Positions 19,412 to 31,646 of a stretch of DNA of 52,077 bases are shown here, one piece after another (positions within the stretch are counted from its first letter, which is position 1; every line of letters starts with the position of its first letter). Source of the DNA: Bacteroidota bacterium (GTDB lineage Bacteria > Bacteroidota > Bacteroidia > Bacteroidales > VadinHA17); contig JAEYZD010000198.1 in NCBI GenBank assembly GCA_023430725.1, forward strand, positions 1-52,077, written 5' to 3'. The notes beneath the pieces are model-generated. The model was not told the DNA's origin. It made no database searches and saw nothing but the letters and a program-made list of their open reading frames with translations. Both the position numbers and the translations under genes were made by a program.

Positions 19412-19956
19412 TGTATACGCCTGCTTTAAAGACCAAATACAAGAGTGAGATTACACCTGCTCTGATGAAACAGTTCAATTATACGACTGTCATGCAGGTG
19501 CCCCGTCTGGAAAAAATCGTCATCAACCAGGGACTTGGCCAGGCTATTGCCGACAAGAAACTGCTTGAGATGGGTCAGAAGGAAGTTTCCGATATCGCCG
19601 GACAGAAAGCGGTACAGACAATCTCCAGGAAGGACATATCCAATTTCAAACTCCGGAAGGCCATGCCAATCGGCGTGATGGTGACCCTCAGGAAGGACCG
19701 CATGTATGAGTTCCTTGAAAGGCTCATCTCAGTGGCACTGCCGCGTATCCGTGACTTCAAGGGAGTGGGAGCGAGGCTTGACGGCCGGGGCAATTACACC
19801 CTGGGCATCACCGAGCAGATCATCTTCCCCGAGATAGACCTCGACAAGATCGCAAAGATCATGGGACTGCAGATCACCTTCGTCACAACTGCAAAGAGTG
19901 ATGAGGAGGCTTATGCCCTGCTTAAAGAATTCGGAATTCCCTTTAAAAACAAATAA
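19411..19956 (+). CDS. rplE: 50S ribosomal protein L5
   Basis: 181 aa. TAATG overlap with rpl[18 protein letters not shown]. Confidence 0.97.
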   Translation: MYTPALKTKYKSEITPALMKQFNYTTVMQVPRLEKIVINQGLGQAIADKKLLEMGQKEVSDIAGQKAVQTISRKDISNFKLRKAMPIGVMVTLRKDRMYEFLERLISVALPRIRDFKGVGARLDGRGNYTLGITEQIIFPEIDLDKIAKIMGLQITFVTTAKSDEEAYALLKEFGIPFKNK

Positions 19957-19967
19957 CAGATCGGAAT

Positions 19968-20237
19968 ATGGCTAAGGAATCAATGAAAGCCCGCGAAGTC
20001 AAACGCGCCAAGCTTGCCACCAAATATGCCGCCAGAAGAGCAGCGCTCAAGGCTGATGGCAATTACGTCGCCCTGAGCACCCTGCCGCGCAACTCAAGCC
20101 CCATCAGGCAGCGCAACAGGTGCAAACTCACCGGCAGACCGAGAGGCTACATGAGACAGTTTGGCATCAGCAGGATTACATTCAGGGAAATGGCTTCTAA
20201 AGGGCTTATCCCGGGCGTAAGAAAAGCAAGCTGGTAA
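19968..20237 (+). CDS. rpsN: 30S ribosomal protein S14 (long, single-Cys form)
   Basis: 89 aa. [26 protein letters not shown]. Confidence 0.96.
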   Translation: MAKESMKAREVKRAKLATKYAARRAALKADGNYVALSTLPRNSSPIRQRNRCKLTGRPRGYMRQFGISRITFREMASKGLIPGVRKASW

Positions 20238-20271
20238 CAACCGAGAAATAAACAATTAATCATAATATAAG

Positions 20272-20667
20272 ATGACAGATCCAATTGCAGATTTTCTTAC
20301 CAGGGTAAGGAATGCCATCATGGCCGGCCACAAAGTGGTTGAGACACCGGCTACCGGTCTGACGAAGGATATCACAAGGATACTTTACGACAAGGGATAT
20401 ATTCTCAGCTATAAGTTCATTGATGATGAACTGCAGGGTAAGATAAAAATCGCCCTCAAATACCATCCCAAAACCAAACTGCCTGCAATCAAGCAGATAC
20501 AGAGGGTCAGTCGTCCGGGTCTGAGAAGGTATGCCGGCGTTGACGAGCTCCCGAGAGTCCTCAACGGCCTTGGTGTTGCCATCCTCTCAACTTCACGCGG
20601 AGTAATGACCGAAAAGGAGGCAGTGAAGGAGAATGTCGGTGGTGAAGTAATATGTTATGTTTACTAA
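20272..20667 (+). CDS. rpsH: 30S ribosomal protein S8
   Basis: 131 aa. MTDPIADFLTRVRNA. Confidence 0.97.
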   Translation: MTDPIADFLTRVRNAIMAGHKVVETPATGLTKDITRILYDKGYILSYKFIDDELQGKIKIALKYHPKTKLPAIKQIQRVSRPGLRRYAGVDELPRVLNGLGVAILSTSRGVMTEKEAVKENVGGEVICYVY

Positions 20668-20682
20668 ACAGGAGGAAGTTAA

Positions 20683-21237
20683 ATGTCACGAATAGGAAAA
20701 TTACCTGTAAACCTGCCATCAGGCGTCACCATTTCGGTGAGTGACGACAACGTGGTCAGTGTTAAAGGCCCCCTGGGAACCCTGTCACAGAAGGTTGACA
20801 GTGATATCAAAGTGGAGGTGGAAAACAATGAACTGGTTCTTTCCAGGCCTAATGACGAGAAGCGCCTCAAGTCGCTCCACGGACTTTACCGTGCACTCAT
20901 TGCCAATATGGTAACAGGCGTTTCAAAAGGCTACAGGAAGGATCTTGAGCTGGTTGGTGTGGGTTACCGCGCTGAGGCCAACGGTCAGCGTCTTGAGATG
21001 AGCCTCGGTTATTCGCATGATATTATCATGGAACTGCCGCAGGAGATCAAGGTTGAAACCAAGACCGAAAAGAGGAGCAATCCGGTCATCATGCTGTCAA
21101 GCATTGACAAGCAGCTCATAGGCCATGTCGCCGCAAAGATCAGGTCTCTGCGTCCGCCTGAGCCGTACAAGGGCAAGGGTATCAAGTTCGTGGGCGAACA
21201 GCTCAGGAGAAAGGCCGGTAAATCGGCTGGTGTGTAA
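20683..21237 (+). CDS. rplF: 50S ribosomal protein L6
   Basis: 184 aa. MSRIGKLPV and PEPYKGKGI. Confidence 0.97.
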   Translation: MSRIGKLPVNLPSGVTISVSDDNVVSVKGPLGTLSQKVDSDIKVEVENNELVLSRPNDEKRLKSLHGLYRALIANMVTGVSKGYRKDLELVGVGYRAEANGQRLEMSLGYSHDIIMELPQEIKVETKTEKRSNPVIMLSSIDKQLIGHVAAKIRSLRPPEPYKGKGIKFVGEQLRRKAGKSAGV

Positions 21238-21257
21238 CATGATTAAATAAGGAAGTC

Positions 21258-21617
21258 ATGGCTTTATCAAAGACAGAAAAGAGAGAAAAGATTAAACTGA
21301 GAATCCGCAAGCGGATCAAGGGGACAGCCGAAAAACCAAGGATTTCGGTGTTCCGCAGCAACAAACAGATATATGCCCAGGCTGTTGACGATGTCAACGG
21401 AGTGACACTGGCTGCCGCATCATCACGGGAGAAGGAGATTGCCTCCGTCACCGGGAAGAAGAAGAGCGAGCTGGCAGTGCTTGTAGGCAAGCGTCTTGCC
21501 GAAGTATGCAAAGAGAAGGGCATTGAAAGCGTTGTCTTTGACAGAAGCGGGTACCAGTATCATGGCAGAGTGAAATCATTAGCTGACGGAGCTCGCGAAG
21601 GCGGCTTAAAATTCTAA
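21258..21617 (+). CDS. rplR: 50S ribosomal protein L18
   Basis: 119 aa. [14 protein letters not shown] and [19 protein letters not shown]. Confidence 0.97.
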   Translation: MALSKTEKREKIKLRIRKRIKGTAEKPRISVFRSNKQIYAQAVDDVNGVTLAAASSREKEIASVTGKKKSELAVLVGKRLAEVCKEKGIESVVFDRSGYQYHGRVKSLADGAREGGLKF

Positions 21618-21622
21618 TCAGT

Positions 21623-22138
21623 ATGGCATACGGAATAAAGAGAGTAAAAAACAGCGATCTTGAACTTACCGACAGGCTGGTAAGCATAAATCGAGTAACC
21701 AAGGTAACCAAGGGTGGCCGTACCTTCAGCTTCTCAGCCATCGTAGTGGTGGGTGATGAAAAAGGGATCGTGGGACACGGTCTGGGTAAGGCAAGTGAGG
21801 TGACTACGGCCATCGCAAAGGGCATTGAGGATGCAAAGAAAAACCTCATAAAGGTACCTGTGCACAAGGCAACAATACCTCATGAGCAGTACGGCAAGTT
21901 CGGAGGCGCTTACGTCTTCATCAAGCCTGCAACAGAGGGTACCGGTATCAAGGCCGGAGGTGCAATGCGCGCCGTGCTCGAGAGCGTTGGCGTGAAAAAC
22001 GTGCTTGCCAAGTCAAAGGGCTCATCAAACCCCCACAACCTGGTGAAGGCAACAATAGCTGCCCTTCTTGAACTGCGCGATGCCAGCACAGTGGCAGACC
22101 ACAGGGGTGTGACTCTGGAAAAAGTATTTAACGGTTAG
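21623..22138 (+). CDS. rpsE: 30S ribosomal protein S5
   Basis: 171 aa. [16 protein letters not shown]. Confidence 0.97.
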   Translation: MAYGIKRVKNSDLELTDRLVSINRVTKVTKGGRTFSFSAIVVVGDEKGIVGHGLGKASEVTTAIAKGIEDAKKNLIKVPVHKATIPHEQYGKFGGAYVFIKPATEGTGIKAGGAMRAVLESVGVKNVLAKSKGSSNPHNLVKATIAALLELRDASTVADHRGVTLEKVFNG

Positions 22139-22153
22139 TAATATTCAATAATC

Positions 22154-22333
22154 ATGGCAAGAATCAGGGTAACCCAGATAAAGAGCAAGATAGGCCAGCC
22201 CGAGGCACAGAAAAGAATCCTCGCGTCACTGGGTATCAGAAAGATGCACCAGACTGTTGAGCACGATGATACCCCCCAGATAATGGGTATGGTCAATAAG
22301 CTGAAGCACCTGGTCAAGGTGGAGAAACTCTAA
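22154..22333 (+). CDS. rpmD: 50S ribosomal protein L30 (below the ORF-track size cutoff)
   Basis: Hand translation gives 59 aa: MARIRVTQIKSKIGQPEAQKRILASLGIRKMHQTVEHDDTPQIMGMVNKLKHLVKVEKL. It lies in the expected slot between rpsE and rplO. Confidence 0.92.
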   Translation: MARIRVTQIKSKIGQPEAQKRILASLGIRKMHQTVEHDDTPQIMGMVNKLKHLVKVEKL

Positions 22334-22361
22334 GGTATTAACAGCATTATATATTTCAACA

Positions 22362-22808
22362 ATGGATTTAAGCAATTTGAAACCGGCCCCCGGTTCGGTC
22401 AAGAGAGAAAAGCGCATCGGACGAGGTGAGGGATCAGGCCATGGCGGCACATCCACCCGCGGCCACAAGGGCGCTAAGTCACGCTCCGGCTACAGCAGGA
22501 AGATAGGCTTTGAAGGCGGCCAGATGCCACTCCAGAGAAGGGTACCGAAATCGGGATTCAAGAATATCAACCGCGTGGAATTCAAGGCTATCAACCTGAG
22601 CACTATAGAGGCCCTCGCATCAAAGCTGAATACTGATCATATCGACTTCCAGACACTGCTTACAGCAGGTCTTGTGAACAAGAACGCACTGGTCAAGATA
22701 CTCGGCAAAGGGACGCTTACAAGAAAGCTTGAGGTTCATGCCCACGCTTTCAGCAAGTCGGCACAGGCAGCAATAGAAGCAAATCAGGGAACCGCAGTTA
22801 AACTGTAA
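22362..22808 (+). CDS. rplO: 50S ribosomal protein L15
   Basis: 148 aa. RIGRGEGSGHGGTSTRGHKG. Confidence 0.97.
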   Translation: MDLSNLKPAPGSVKREKRIGRGEGSGHGGTSTRGHKGAKSRSGYSRKIGFEGGQMPLQRRVPKSGFKNINRVEFKAINLSTIEALASKLNTDHIDFQTLLTAGLVNKNALVKILGKGTLTRKLEVHAHAFSKSAQAAIEANQGTAVKL

Positions 22809-22811
22809 GGC

Positions 22812-24140
22812 ATGAAATTCATTCAGACAATAAAGAACATATTCAAGATTGAGGATCTGAGAGCCAGGATCCTCTACACTCTTGCCATCGTTGCACTCTA
22901 CCGTCTGGGTAAATATATCACGCTTCCCGGCATTGATCCTTCAATGCTTGAGAACCTGAGAAACCAGACATCTTCCGGCATCATGGGGCTTCTTGACATG
23001 TTCTCCGGCGGAGCCTTCTCACAGGCTTCAATATTTGCACTGGGGATCATGCCTTACATCTCGGCATCAATCGTTGTCCAGTTGCTCGGCATTGTATTCC
23101 CTTATTTCCAGAAACTCCAGAAAGAGGGTGAGAGCGGCCGGCGCAAGATGAACCAGTATACAAGATATCTGACTGTGGCGATCCTTGTACTGCAGGCTCC
23201 CACTTACCTTGCAAACCTTCACGCAATTCTTCCTCCCGAGGCATTCGTGACAACAGGCTGGTTCTTCAGGGTCTCATCTGTTATAATCCTTACTGCCGGT
23301 ACCATCTTCGTAATGTGGCTCGGTGAGAGAATAACAGACAAGGGTATTGGCAACGGTATATCACTCATTATAATGGTTGGTATCCTGGCCCGTTTCCCGG
23401 TCTCATTCATATTTGAAGCCGGATCACGCATGAACGGTTCAGGCGGTCTGATAGCACTCCTTGTCGAAATTGTGTTCCTCTTCGCCGTTATCCTCGGTTC
23501 GGTGCTCCTTGTACAGGGCACGCGGCGCATCCCGGTGCAGTATGCAAGGCGAATCGTAGGTAACAAACAGTACGGTGGTGTAAGACAGTATATACCCCTC
23601 AAGGTGAACGCAGCAGGTGTTATGCCAATCATCTTCGCGCAGGCGATAATGATGCTTCCGATCATCTTCGCAGGGTTCAGTGAATCCGGTTCAGGTTTGG
23701 TGGTTGCATTCACAAACATGTACGGATTCTGGTATAACCTTGTAACTGCCATTCTCATCATCCTCTTCACATACTTCTACACCGCGGTCACAATCAACCC
23801 GGTGCAGATGGCTGAAGACATGAAGAAGAACGGCGGTTTCATACCCGGCATCAAACCGGGACGCAAGACAGTTGAGTTCCTTGATACAATCATGTCAAGG
23901 ATTACCCTTCCGGGCTCAATCTTCCTTGCACTAATAGCCATTCTCCCCGCATTCGCCGTCAATTTCGGCGTCAGCGGTGAATTTGCACAGTTCTTCGGAG
24001 GCACTTCGCTCCTCATTCTTGTGGGTGTTGTGCTTGATACTCTCCAGCAGATCGAAAGTCATCTGCTCATGCGCCACTATGACGGCCTTATGAAGTCAGG
24101 CCGTGTGAAGGGCAGGACCGGAGCCGTATCGGCTATGTAA
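22812..24140 (+). CDS. secY: Preprotein translocase subunit SecY
   Basis: 442 aa, 10 TM. LGIMPYISASIVVQLL. Conserved spc-operon position. Confidence 0.98.
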   Translation: MKFIQTIKNIFKIEDLRARILYTLAIVALYRLGKYITLPGIDPSMLENLRNQTSSGIMGLLDMFSGGAFSQASIFALGIMPYISASIVVQLLGIVFPYFQKLQKEGESGRRKMNQYTRYLTVAILVLQAPTYLANLHAILPPEAFVTTGWFFRVSSVIILTAGTIFVMWLGERITDKGIGNGISLIIMVGILARFPVSFIFEAGSRMNGSGGLIALLVEIVFLFAVILGSVLLVQGTRRIPVQYARRIVGNKQYGGVRQYIPLKVNAAGVMPIIFAQAIMMLPIIFAGFSESGSGLVVAFTNMYGFWYNLVTAILIILFTYFYTAVTINPVQMAEDMKKNGGFIPGIKPGRKTVEFLDTIMSRITLPGSIFLALIAILPAFAVNFGVSGEFAQFFGGTSLLILVGVVLDTLQQIESHLLMRHYDGLMKSGRVKGRTGAVSAM

Positions 24141-24157
24141 TTGATTGACGTTCTTTG

Positions 24158-24934
24158 ATGATCTATATTAAGACGGATGCAGAAGTAGAGTTTCTGAGAG
24201 AGAGCAATCAGCTGGTCTCGAAGACACTTGCGGAAGTAGCCGGGCATATCAGACCTGGGGTGACAACCCTCAGGCTTGACGCAATTGCCGAGGAGTTCAT
24301 TCGTGACCACGGCGCTTTGCCGGCCTTCAAGGGCTATGCCGGTTTCCCGAACACGCTCTGCACATCTGTCAATGACGAAGTGGTCCACGGGATCCCTTCG
24401 GGATACACACTCAGGGAGGGCGATATCATTTCGGTTGACTGCGGTGTTATACTGAACGGATGGTACGGTGACAGCGCGTATACCTTCGCCGTCGGCGAGG
24501 TGAAGCCTGAGGTCAGGCGCCTGATGGAATACACAAGGGCCTCACTGGAGGCAGGCGTCAGGGAAGCTGTTACCGGAAACCGCATAGGAGATATCTCGCA
24601 TGCAGTACAGTCCAGGGCTGAGAGCGGAGGTTACTCCGTGGTTCGCACCCTGGTGGGACACGGTATCGGGAAACACCTCCATGAGGGACCCGAAGTTCCG
24701 AATTTCGGAAGACGCGGCTCTGGCACAAGACTTGATACAAACCTGGTCATCTGCATAGAACCGATGATCAATATGGGAACCAAAAACACACGCGTCCAGG
24801 GTGACGGGTGGACAGTCAGGACAGGTGACGGCAAACCGTCGGCACATTTTGAATACGCTGTTGCGGTCAGAGAGGGGAAACCCGACCTGCTCACAACATA
24901 TGAATTTATAGAAGAAGCATTAACAAAGAGGTAA
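24158..24934 (+). CDS. map: Type I methionine aminopeptidase
   Basis: VHGIP, DCGV, VGHGIG and the EP/E metal-ligand pattern. The track start at 24155 is TTG, and the ATG one codon later (24158) is preferred. It directly follows secY with no adk, as usual in Bacteroidota. Confidence 0.95.
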   Translation: MIYIKTDAEVEFLRESNQLVSKTLAEVAGHIRPGVTTLRLDAIAEEFIRDHGALPAFKGYAGFPNTLCTSVNDEVVHGIPSGYTLREGDIISVDCGVILNGWYGDSAYTFAVGEVKPEVRRLMEYTRASLEAGVREAVTGNRIGDISHAVQSRAESGGYSVVRTLVGHGIGKHLHEGPEVPNFGRRGSGTRLDTNLVICIEPMINMGTKNTRVQGDGWTVRTGDGKPSAHFEYAVAVREGKPDLLTTYEFIEEALTKR

Positions 24935-24938
24935 GTAT

Positions 24939-25157
24939 ATGGCCAAACAACCATCAATAGAGATTGACGGAACGATCATCGAGGCGCTTTCGAACGCGAT
25001 GTTCAGGGTCAGGCTCGAAAACGGACATATCATCACCGCCCATATCTCCGGCAAAATGAGGATGCATTACATCAAAATCCTCCCCGGTGACAAGGTGAAG
25101 GTTGAAATGTCGCCCTATGACCTTACCAAAGGAAGAATAACATTCAGATTTAAATAG
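24939..25157 (+). CDS. infA: Translation initiation factor IF-1
   Basis: 72 aa. [31 protein letters not shown]. Confidence 0.98.
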   Translation: MAKQPSIEIDGTIIEALSNAMFRVRLENGHIITAHISGKMRMHYIKILPGDKVKVEMSPYDLTKGRITFRFK

Positions 25158-25172
25158 AAATAAAATAGTGCG

Positions 25173-25289
25173 ATGAAAGTAAGAGCATCAATAAAAAAAC
25201 GCTCCGCAGACTGTAAGATAGTCAGGCGTAACGGGCGTCTGTATGTGATAAATAAGAAAAATCCCAAGTTCAAGCAGAGACAGGGATAA
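25173..25289 (+). CDS. rpmJ: 50S ribosomal protein L36 (single-Cys form; below the ORF-track cutoff)
   Basis: Hand translation gives 38 aa: [38 protein letters not shown]. Confidence 0.93.
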   Translation: MKVRASIKKRSADCKIVRRNGRLYVINKKNPKFKQRQG

Positions 25290-25296
25290 ATTTGAT

Positions 25297-25304
25297 TAAC
25301 TTTG
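25297..25304 (+). promoter_or_regulatory. Candidate internal -7 box (TAACTTTG) ahead of the alpha operon
   Basis: TTTGatTAACTTTG. The box ends 22 nt upstream of the rpsM ATG. Confidence 0.4.
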
Positions 25305-25326
25305 CACTTCAAATTTAAAGAGGTAT

Positions 25327-25704
25327 ATGGCACGTATTAATGGGGTAGACCTACCAAGGAATAAGCAGGGCGAAGTAGCTCTCACTTATATCTACGGTGT
25401 TGGGCGAAGCACTGCACAGAAAGTGCTTGACAGGGCCGGCGTTGACCGCCACATGAAGGTAGAGGAATGGAATGACGATAATATCAATGCTATCCGTCAG
25501 ATCCTCTCCGAGAATTACAAGCTTGAGGGTGAACTTCGTTCCGAGACCCAGCTTAACATCAAGCGACTGATGGACATCGGTTGCTACCGCGGAATCCGTC
25601 ACCGTATCGGGCTGCCTGTAAGGGGTCAGAGCACGAAGAACAATGCACGTACCCGCAAGGGACGCAAGAAGACCGTGGCAAACAAGAAAAAAGCTACTAA
25701 ATAA
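25327..25704 (+). CDS. rpsM: 30S ribosomal protein S13
   Basis: 125 aa. [10 protein letters not shown] and GCYRGIRHR. Confidence 0.98.
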   Translation: MARINGVDLPRNKQGEVALTYIYGVGRSTAQKVLDRAGVDRHMKVEEWNDDNINAIRQILSENYKLEGELRSETQLNIKRLMDIGCYRGIRHRIGLPVRGQSTKNNARTRKGRKKTVANKKKATK

Positions 25705-25711
25705 GTAATAT

Positions 25712-26101
25712 ATGGCAAAAAAGACTGGGACATTAAAGAAGAAGGTCGTAAAGGTTGAACCCGTGGGACAGGCTCACGTGCATTCATCATTCAACAATAT
25801 CATAATCAGCCTCACAAACAGCACCGGGCAGGTCATCTCCTGGGCATCTGCAGGCAAGATGGGTTTCAAGGGTTCAAAGAAGAACACCCCCTATGCTGCT
25901 CAGATGGCTTCTGAAGAGTGCACCAAGGTAGCCTATGAACTGGGCCTCCGCAAGGTAAAGGTATATGTCAAGGGACCGGGTTCCGGCCGTGAATCAGCCA
26001 TCCGTGCCATTTCAAACAGCGGCGTGGAAGTGACCGAGATAATTGACGTCACCCCGATGCCTCACAACGGATGCCGTCCGCCGTCACGCAGAAGGGTTTA
26101 A
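25712..26101 (+). CDS. rpsK: 30S ribosomal protein S11
   Basis: 129 aa. [15 protein letters not shown] and [13 protein letters not shown]. Confidence 0.98.
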   Translation: MAKKTGTLKKKVVKVEPVGQAHVHSSFNNIIISLTNSTGQVISWASAGKMGFKGSKKNTPYAAQMASEECTKVAYELGLRKVKVYVKGPGSGRESAIRAISNSGVEVTEIIDVTPMPHNGCRPPSRRRV

Positions 26102-26145
26102 CAGGCTCACAACATTATTTCACAAATCGATAAACAGTACATTCA

Positions 26146-26754
26146 ATGGCAAGATATACAGGACCCAGATCAAGAATCGCCAGGAAATTCGGAGAGCCTA
26201 TTTTCGGCCCTGACAAATACCTCGACAGGAAGAATTTCCCTCCCGGCCAGCACGGTCTGACCAAAAAGAGAAAAAAGACATCTGAATACGGTGTGCAGCT
26301 CCGTGAGAAGCAGAAGGTGAAATATACATACGGCCTTCTTGAGCGCCAGTTCCGCAATACATTCGAGAAGGCAGCATCTGCCTCCGGTGTGACCGGCCTT
26401 GTGCTCCTCCAGCTCCTGGAGTCACGCCTTGACAACGTGGTATACCGCCTCGGCATCGCCCCCACAAGGGCTGCAGCACGCCAGCTTGTATCACACCGTC
26501 ATATAACGGTTAACGGCGATGTCGTTAACATCCCTTCATTCCAGCTGCGCCCTGGTGACATCATCGGGGTTCGCGAAAAGTCAAAATCACTCGAAACAAT
26601 CATCGACTGCCTGGGCGCAAACCGTCGCTCAAAACTGGCATGGCTCGAGTGGGATGACACACAGATGGCCGGAAAATACATGAGTGTTCCCGAACGTTCC
26701 GAAATACCGGAAGATGTGAAAGAGCAGCTTATAGTTGAACTATATTCGAAGTAA
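26146..26754 (+). CDS. rpsD: 30S ribosomal protein S4
   Basis: 202 aa. [16 protein letters not shown] and an S4 RNA-binding domain. Confidence 0.98.
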   Translation: MARYTGPRSRIARKFGEPIFGPDKYLDRKNFPPGQHGLTKKRKKTSEYGVQLREKQKVKYTYGLLERQFRNTFEKAASASGVTGLVLLQLLESRLDNVVYRLGIAPTRAAARQLVSHRHITVNGDVVNIPSFQLRPGDIIGVREKSKSLETIIDCLGANRRSKLAWLEWDDTQMAGKYMSVPERSEIPEDVKEQLIVELYSK

Positions 26755-26772
26755 TAAAGTAATAAGATTCAT

Positions 26773-27765
26773 ATGGCCATATTAGCATTCCAGAAACCTG
26801 ATAAAGTAATCTTACTGGAAGCGGACGACCAGTACGGAAAATTCGAATTCCGCCCGCTTGAACCCGGTTATGGCATCACCGTGGGTAATGCCCTCAGGAG
26901 AATACTCCTCTCTTCACTGGAAGGATTCGCCATCACTACTATCAAAATAGAGGGCGTAGACCATGAATTCTCAACTATCACGGGCGTGATGGAAGACGTT
27001 ACCGAGGTCATTCTGAACCTGAAGCAGGTACGCTTCAGGAGAATGGTCGAGGATGTCGATACAGAGAAGATTATGGTCAAGGTCTCCGGACAGGAAGTCT
27101 TCAAGGCCGGTGATCTCAACAACTCCCTCAGCAGCTTCGAGGTCCTGAACCCCGAACTCGTCATCTGCCGTATGGAACCTGACGTCAAGCTGCAGATTGA
27201 ACTCAACATCAGCAAGGGCAGGGGATATGTGACAGCCGAGGAGAACCAGCCTGCAGAGGCTGAATTCGGCCTGATCGCTATTGACTCGATCTTCACCCCG
27301 ATCCGAAACGTAAAATATTCAATTGAAAACTACAGGGTTGAACAGAAAACTGACTATGAGAAACTGATCCTCGAGATCACCACAGACGGTTCAATTCACC
27401 CGAAAGACGCACTCAAGGAGGCAGCCAAGATCCTCATCTACCACTTCATGCTCTTCTCTGAAGACAAGATCACGATTGATTATGAAGACAAGATGGCAAA
27501 CGAGGAGTTTGATGAGGAAATCCTCCATATGCGCCAGCTGCTGAAAACCAAACTGGTTGACCTTGACCTCTCCGTCAGAGCCCTTAACTGCCTCAAGGCA
27601 GCTGAGGTTGAATCACTCGGAGACCTCGTCAAGTTCAATAAGAATGACCTCCTCAAGTTCCGTAACTTCGGCAAGAAGTCACTCACCGAACTCGACGAAC
27701 TGCTTGAGGCTATGAACCTCTCATTCGGGATGGATGTGGCAAAATACAAACTCGACAAAGATTAA
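26773..27765 (+). CDS. rpoA: DNA-directed RNA polymerase subunit alpha
   Basis: 330 aa. [17 protein letters not shown] and a C-terminal domain with [14 protein letters not shown]. Confidence 0.98.
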   Translation: MAILAFQKPDKVILLEADDQYGKFEFRPLEPGYGITVGNALRRILLSSLEGFAITTIKIEGVDHEFSTITGVMEDVTEVILNLKQVRFRRMVEDVDTEKIMVKVSGQEVFKAGDLNNSLSSFEVLNPELVICRMEPDVKLQIELNISKGRGYVTAEENQPAEAEFGLIAIDSIFTPIRNVKYSIENYRVEQKTDYEKLILEITTDGSIHPKDALKEAAKILIYHFMLFSEDKITIDYEDKMANEEFDEEILHMRQLLKTKLVDLDLSVRALNCLKAAEVESLGDLVKFNKNDLLKFRNFGKKSLTELDELLEAMNLSFGMDVAKYKLDKD

Positions 27766-27787
27766 TAACAGGTAAGGATAGAGAGAA

Positions 27788-28309
27788 ATGCGACATTTAA
27801 ATGCTATAAACCACCTTGGAAGAAAAAGCGCCGACAGGAAGGCGATGATGGCCAACCTGGCAACATCACTCATTCTTCACAAGCGTATCACAACCACCAC
27901 AGCCAAGGCACGCGCGCTCAGAAAATACGTTGAGCCCCTCATAACAAAATCAAAGGAAGACTCAACCCACTCACGCAGGGTGGTGTTCAGCTACCTCGAA
28001 AACAAAGAGGCTGTAGCCGAACTTTTCAGGGAAGTGGCTCCGAAGATTGCCACCCGCCCCGGGGGATACACACGCATACTCAAGACAGGAAGTCGCCCCG
28101 GCGATTCAGCCGAGATGTGCTTCATCGAACTGGTTGACTTCAACGAGAACATGCTTGCCGCCGAAGGTACAAAAGCCAAGGCAACACGCAGCCGCCGCAG
28201 TCCCAGGAAAAAAGCAGCTGAAACCACTGCCGCAGTGAAGGAAAAGCCTGCAAAGGCAGCCGCTGCCGCTGAAGAAAAAGCTCCCGAAGCTGAAGAAACA
28301 AAAGAATAG
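27788..28309 (+). CDS. rplQ: 50S ribosomal protein L17 with an Ala/Lys/Glu-rich C-terminal tail
   Basis: 173 aa. [24 protein letters not shown]. The tail reads [32 protein letters not shown]. Confidence 0.97.
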   Translation: MRHLNAINHLGRKSADRKAMMANLATSLILHKRITTTTAKARALRKYVEPLITKSKEDSTHSRRVVFSYLENKEAVAELFREVAPKIATRPGGYTRILKTGSRPGDSAEMCFIELVDFNENMLAAEGTKAKATRSRRSPRKKAAETTAAVKEKPAKAAAAAEEKAPEAEETKE

Positions 28310-28329
28310 CAGAACATGCTTACATACGG

Positions 28330-28365
28330 AAGGGATATTGTCTTTATGGCCGTATCCCTTTTTTT
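28330..28365 (+). terminator. Probable intrinsic terminator after rplQ
   Basis: AAGGGATA (28330-28337) pairs with TATCCCTT (28353-28360). It is followed by a T run to 28365. The loop is long at 15 nt. Confidence 0.5.
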
Positions 28366-28396
28366 CTTATATTGCATTTAATTCAAAAAAATATAA

Positions 28397-29680
<1,284 letters not shown>

Positions 29681-29700
29681 TACTTGTATCCACCTTTGTA

Positions 29701-29731
29701 AAAACTCCGCCTCCGCGGAGTTTTTATTTTT
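29701..29731 (+). terminator. Intrinsic terminator after eno
   Basis: AAAACTCCGC-ctcc-GCGGAGTTTT followed by TATTTTTT. Confidence 0.8.
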
Positions 29732-29739
29732 TATATTTG
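29732..29739 (+). promoter_or_regulatory. Candidate -7 box (TATATTTG) for the UbiD-family gene
   Basis: The box ends 17 nt upstream of ATG 29757. This supports that start rather than the track start at 29649, which lies inside eno. Confidence 0.45.
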
Positions 29740-29756
29740 TACAAATCTGTGTCTTA

Positions 29757-31646
29757 ATGTCGTTTAACGGTCTTGCTCATTTCGCCGCATTTCTTGAGTC
29801 CCGCGGCTGGCTGGCACGCATCACGTGCCCGGTTAATCCCGAACTGGAGATAACCGAGATAGCTGACCGCATGGTCAAAAGCGGAGGCAAAGCCCTCCTG
29901 TTCGAGAATACCGGCACCGGATTCCCCGTGCTGATAAACGCCTTTGCCTCCGACGAGCGTATGGCGGCAGCCATGGGACGCGCTTCACTTGACGATGCCG
30001 GTGAGGAGATCTTTTCCGTTGTGGAGTCGTTGAGCCAGGCAGGCGGTCTGACCGGTAAGCTGATGCGACTGCCCGGCATGCTCAGGCTGCTCACCCTGTC
30101 ACCCCGGAGGAAGAGCGGAAGGGGAGAATGCCAGGAGGTTGTTGAGCCTGTGGCTGACCTTGGAAGACTCCCGATACTCAAATGCTGGCCGCATGACGGC
30201 GGCAGGTTCATTACACTGCCCCTGGTGCACACAAGGCACCCGGGTACCGGAAGACCCAACCTGGGCATGTATCGCATGCAGGTGATGGGCAACGATGTGA
30301 CAGGGATGCACTGGCACCGCCACAAGACAGGTGCCCGGCACTTTGATGAATGGAAGAAAAAGGGCGGGCGGATGCCCGTCACCGTGACACTGGGAGGTGA
30401 CCCCGTTTATACTTATGCAGCAACGGCGCCTCTGCCCGAAGATATCAGCGAATACATCCTCGCTGCATTCCTGAGGAAAAAGAAGGTAACACTTGTCAGA
30501 TGCATAACAAACGACCTCTGGGTGCCGGCTGACTCTGACTTCGTCATTGAAGGCTATGTTGATACTGCCGAGAGCCCTGTCACAGAAGGGCCCTTCGGTG
30601 ATCATACAGGCTTCTATTCACTTGCCGATCTCTACCCCAGGTTTCATGTCACATGCATCACCCACCGGAAGAATGCCGTCTATCCTGCCACCATAGTCGG
30701 GGTGCCCCCGATGGAGGATGCCTGGATGGGAAAGGCCACCGAAAAAATCTTTTTTGCCCCTATCAAGCTGGCCATTGCACCGGAGATACGTGAACTGCAT
30801 ATGCCGGTCTCCGGAGTAGCCCATAACCTGGTGATTGTCAGCATTGACAAGACATATCCGGGCCAGGGCATGAAGGTGCTCAGCGCACTCTTTGGTGCAG
30901 GGCAGATGATGCTAAGTAAATATATAATCGTTGTGAGCGGACCGGTACATGTTACTGATTACCATGCTGTAGCGGAGGCGTTCTTTGCAAATGTGAGGCT
31001 GGAGACCGATCTTCTGGTTACCCGCGGACCGCTCGATGTTCTCGATCATGCCTCCGACAGGTTCAGCATGGGAGGCAAGCTGGGCATTGACGCCACCGTG
31101 AAGCTTGCAGAGGAGCGTACTGCTGAATATCATTCGGTCCCTCTGCTGCTTCTCAGCGGAGAGGAGGTCACCGGCGGGGCCATCACCGGAATGCAGACCC
31201 TTGCAGGTTATGCGTTGCCTGTCGCTGTGCTGACAGTCAGAAAACCGCCTGAAGGACTTGACATGCATCGTCTGGCAGCCGCACTGCCTGCTCCGCTCAC
31301 AGCACCTGGCACCATAGTAATTGCGGTTGATGAAGGCGCTGATGCAGATGATCCGGCCATGCTTACATGGCTGGTGACCGGCAACAGCGATCCGGCCCGT
31401 GATCTGTACCACCTGAAGAACGGGGCTATCTTTATTGATGCCACCTCAAAGACCCGGTCACTGCCGGTCTTCCCCAGGGACTGGCCAAATGTTGTCTGCT
31501 CTTCCCCTGAGACAATCAGCCTGGTAGACAGAAGGTGGAATGAATATGGCCTGGGCCCGTTGGTTGAATCACCGTCTCTGAGACTTCTGCCACTCCTGAA
31601 ACCGGGGGAAGCTTCTGTTGAGACAGCAAAGGCCACAGCCGGGTGA
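29757..31646 (+). CDS. UbiD-family (prenylated-FMN) decarboxylase, long menaquinone-biosynthesis-type form
   Basis: About 629 aa from MSFNGLAHF. UbiD-like core (GPFGDHTGFYS, GRPNLGMYRMQV) plus a C-terminal extension of about 130 aa. Confidence 0.85.
   Translation: MSFNGLAHFAAFLESRGWLARITCPVNPELEITEIADRMVKSGGKALLFENTGTGFPVLINAFASDERMAAAMGRASLDDAGEEIFSVVESLSQAGGLTGKLMRLPGMLRLLTLSPRRKSGRGECQEVVEPVADLGRLPILKCWPHDGGRFITLPLVHTRHPGTGRPNLGMYRMQVMGNDVTGMHWHRHKTGARHFDEWKKKGGRMPVTVTLGGDPVYTYAATAPLPEDISEYILAAFLRKKKVTLVRCITNDLWVPADSDFVIEGYVDTAESPVTEGPFGDHTGFYSLADLYPRFHVTCITHRKNAVYPATIVGVPPMEDAWMGKATEKIFFAPIKLAIAPEIRELHMPVSGVAHNLVIVSIDKTYPGQGMKVLSALFGAGQMMLSKYIIVVSGPVHVTDYHAVAEAFFANVRLETDLLVTRGPLDVLDHASDRFSMGGKLGIDATVKLAEERTAEYHSVPLLLLSGEEVTGGAITGMQTLAGYALPVAVLTVRKPPEGLDMHRLAAALPAPLTAPGTIVIAVDEGADADDPAMLTWLVTGNSDPARDLYHLKNGAIFIDATSKTRSLPVFPRDWPNVVCSSPETISLVDRRWNEYGLGPLVESPSLRLLPLLKPGEASVETAKATAG

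Noticed and set aside
24141-24157. Absence of adk between secY and map, and the single-Cys (zinc-less) forms of L36 and S14.
   Set aside because: To my knowledge these are normal features of Bacteroidota spc operons, not anomalies of this genome.
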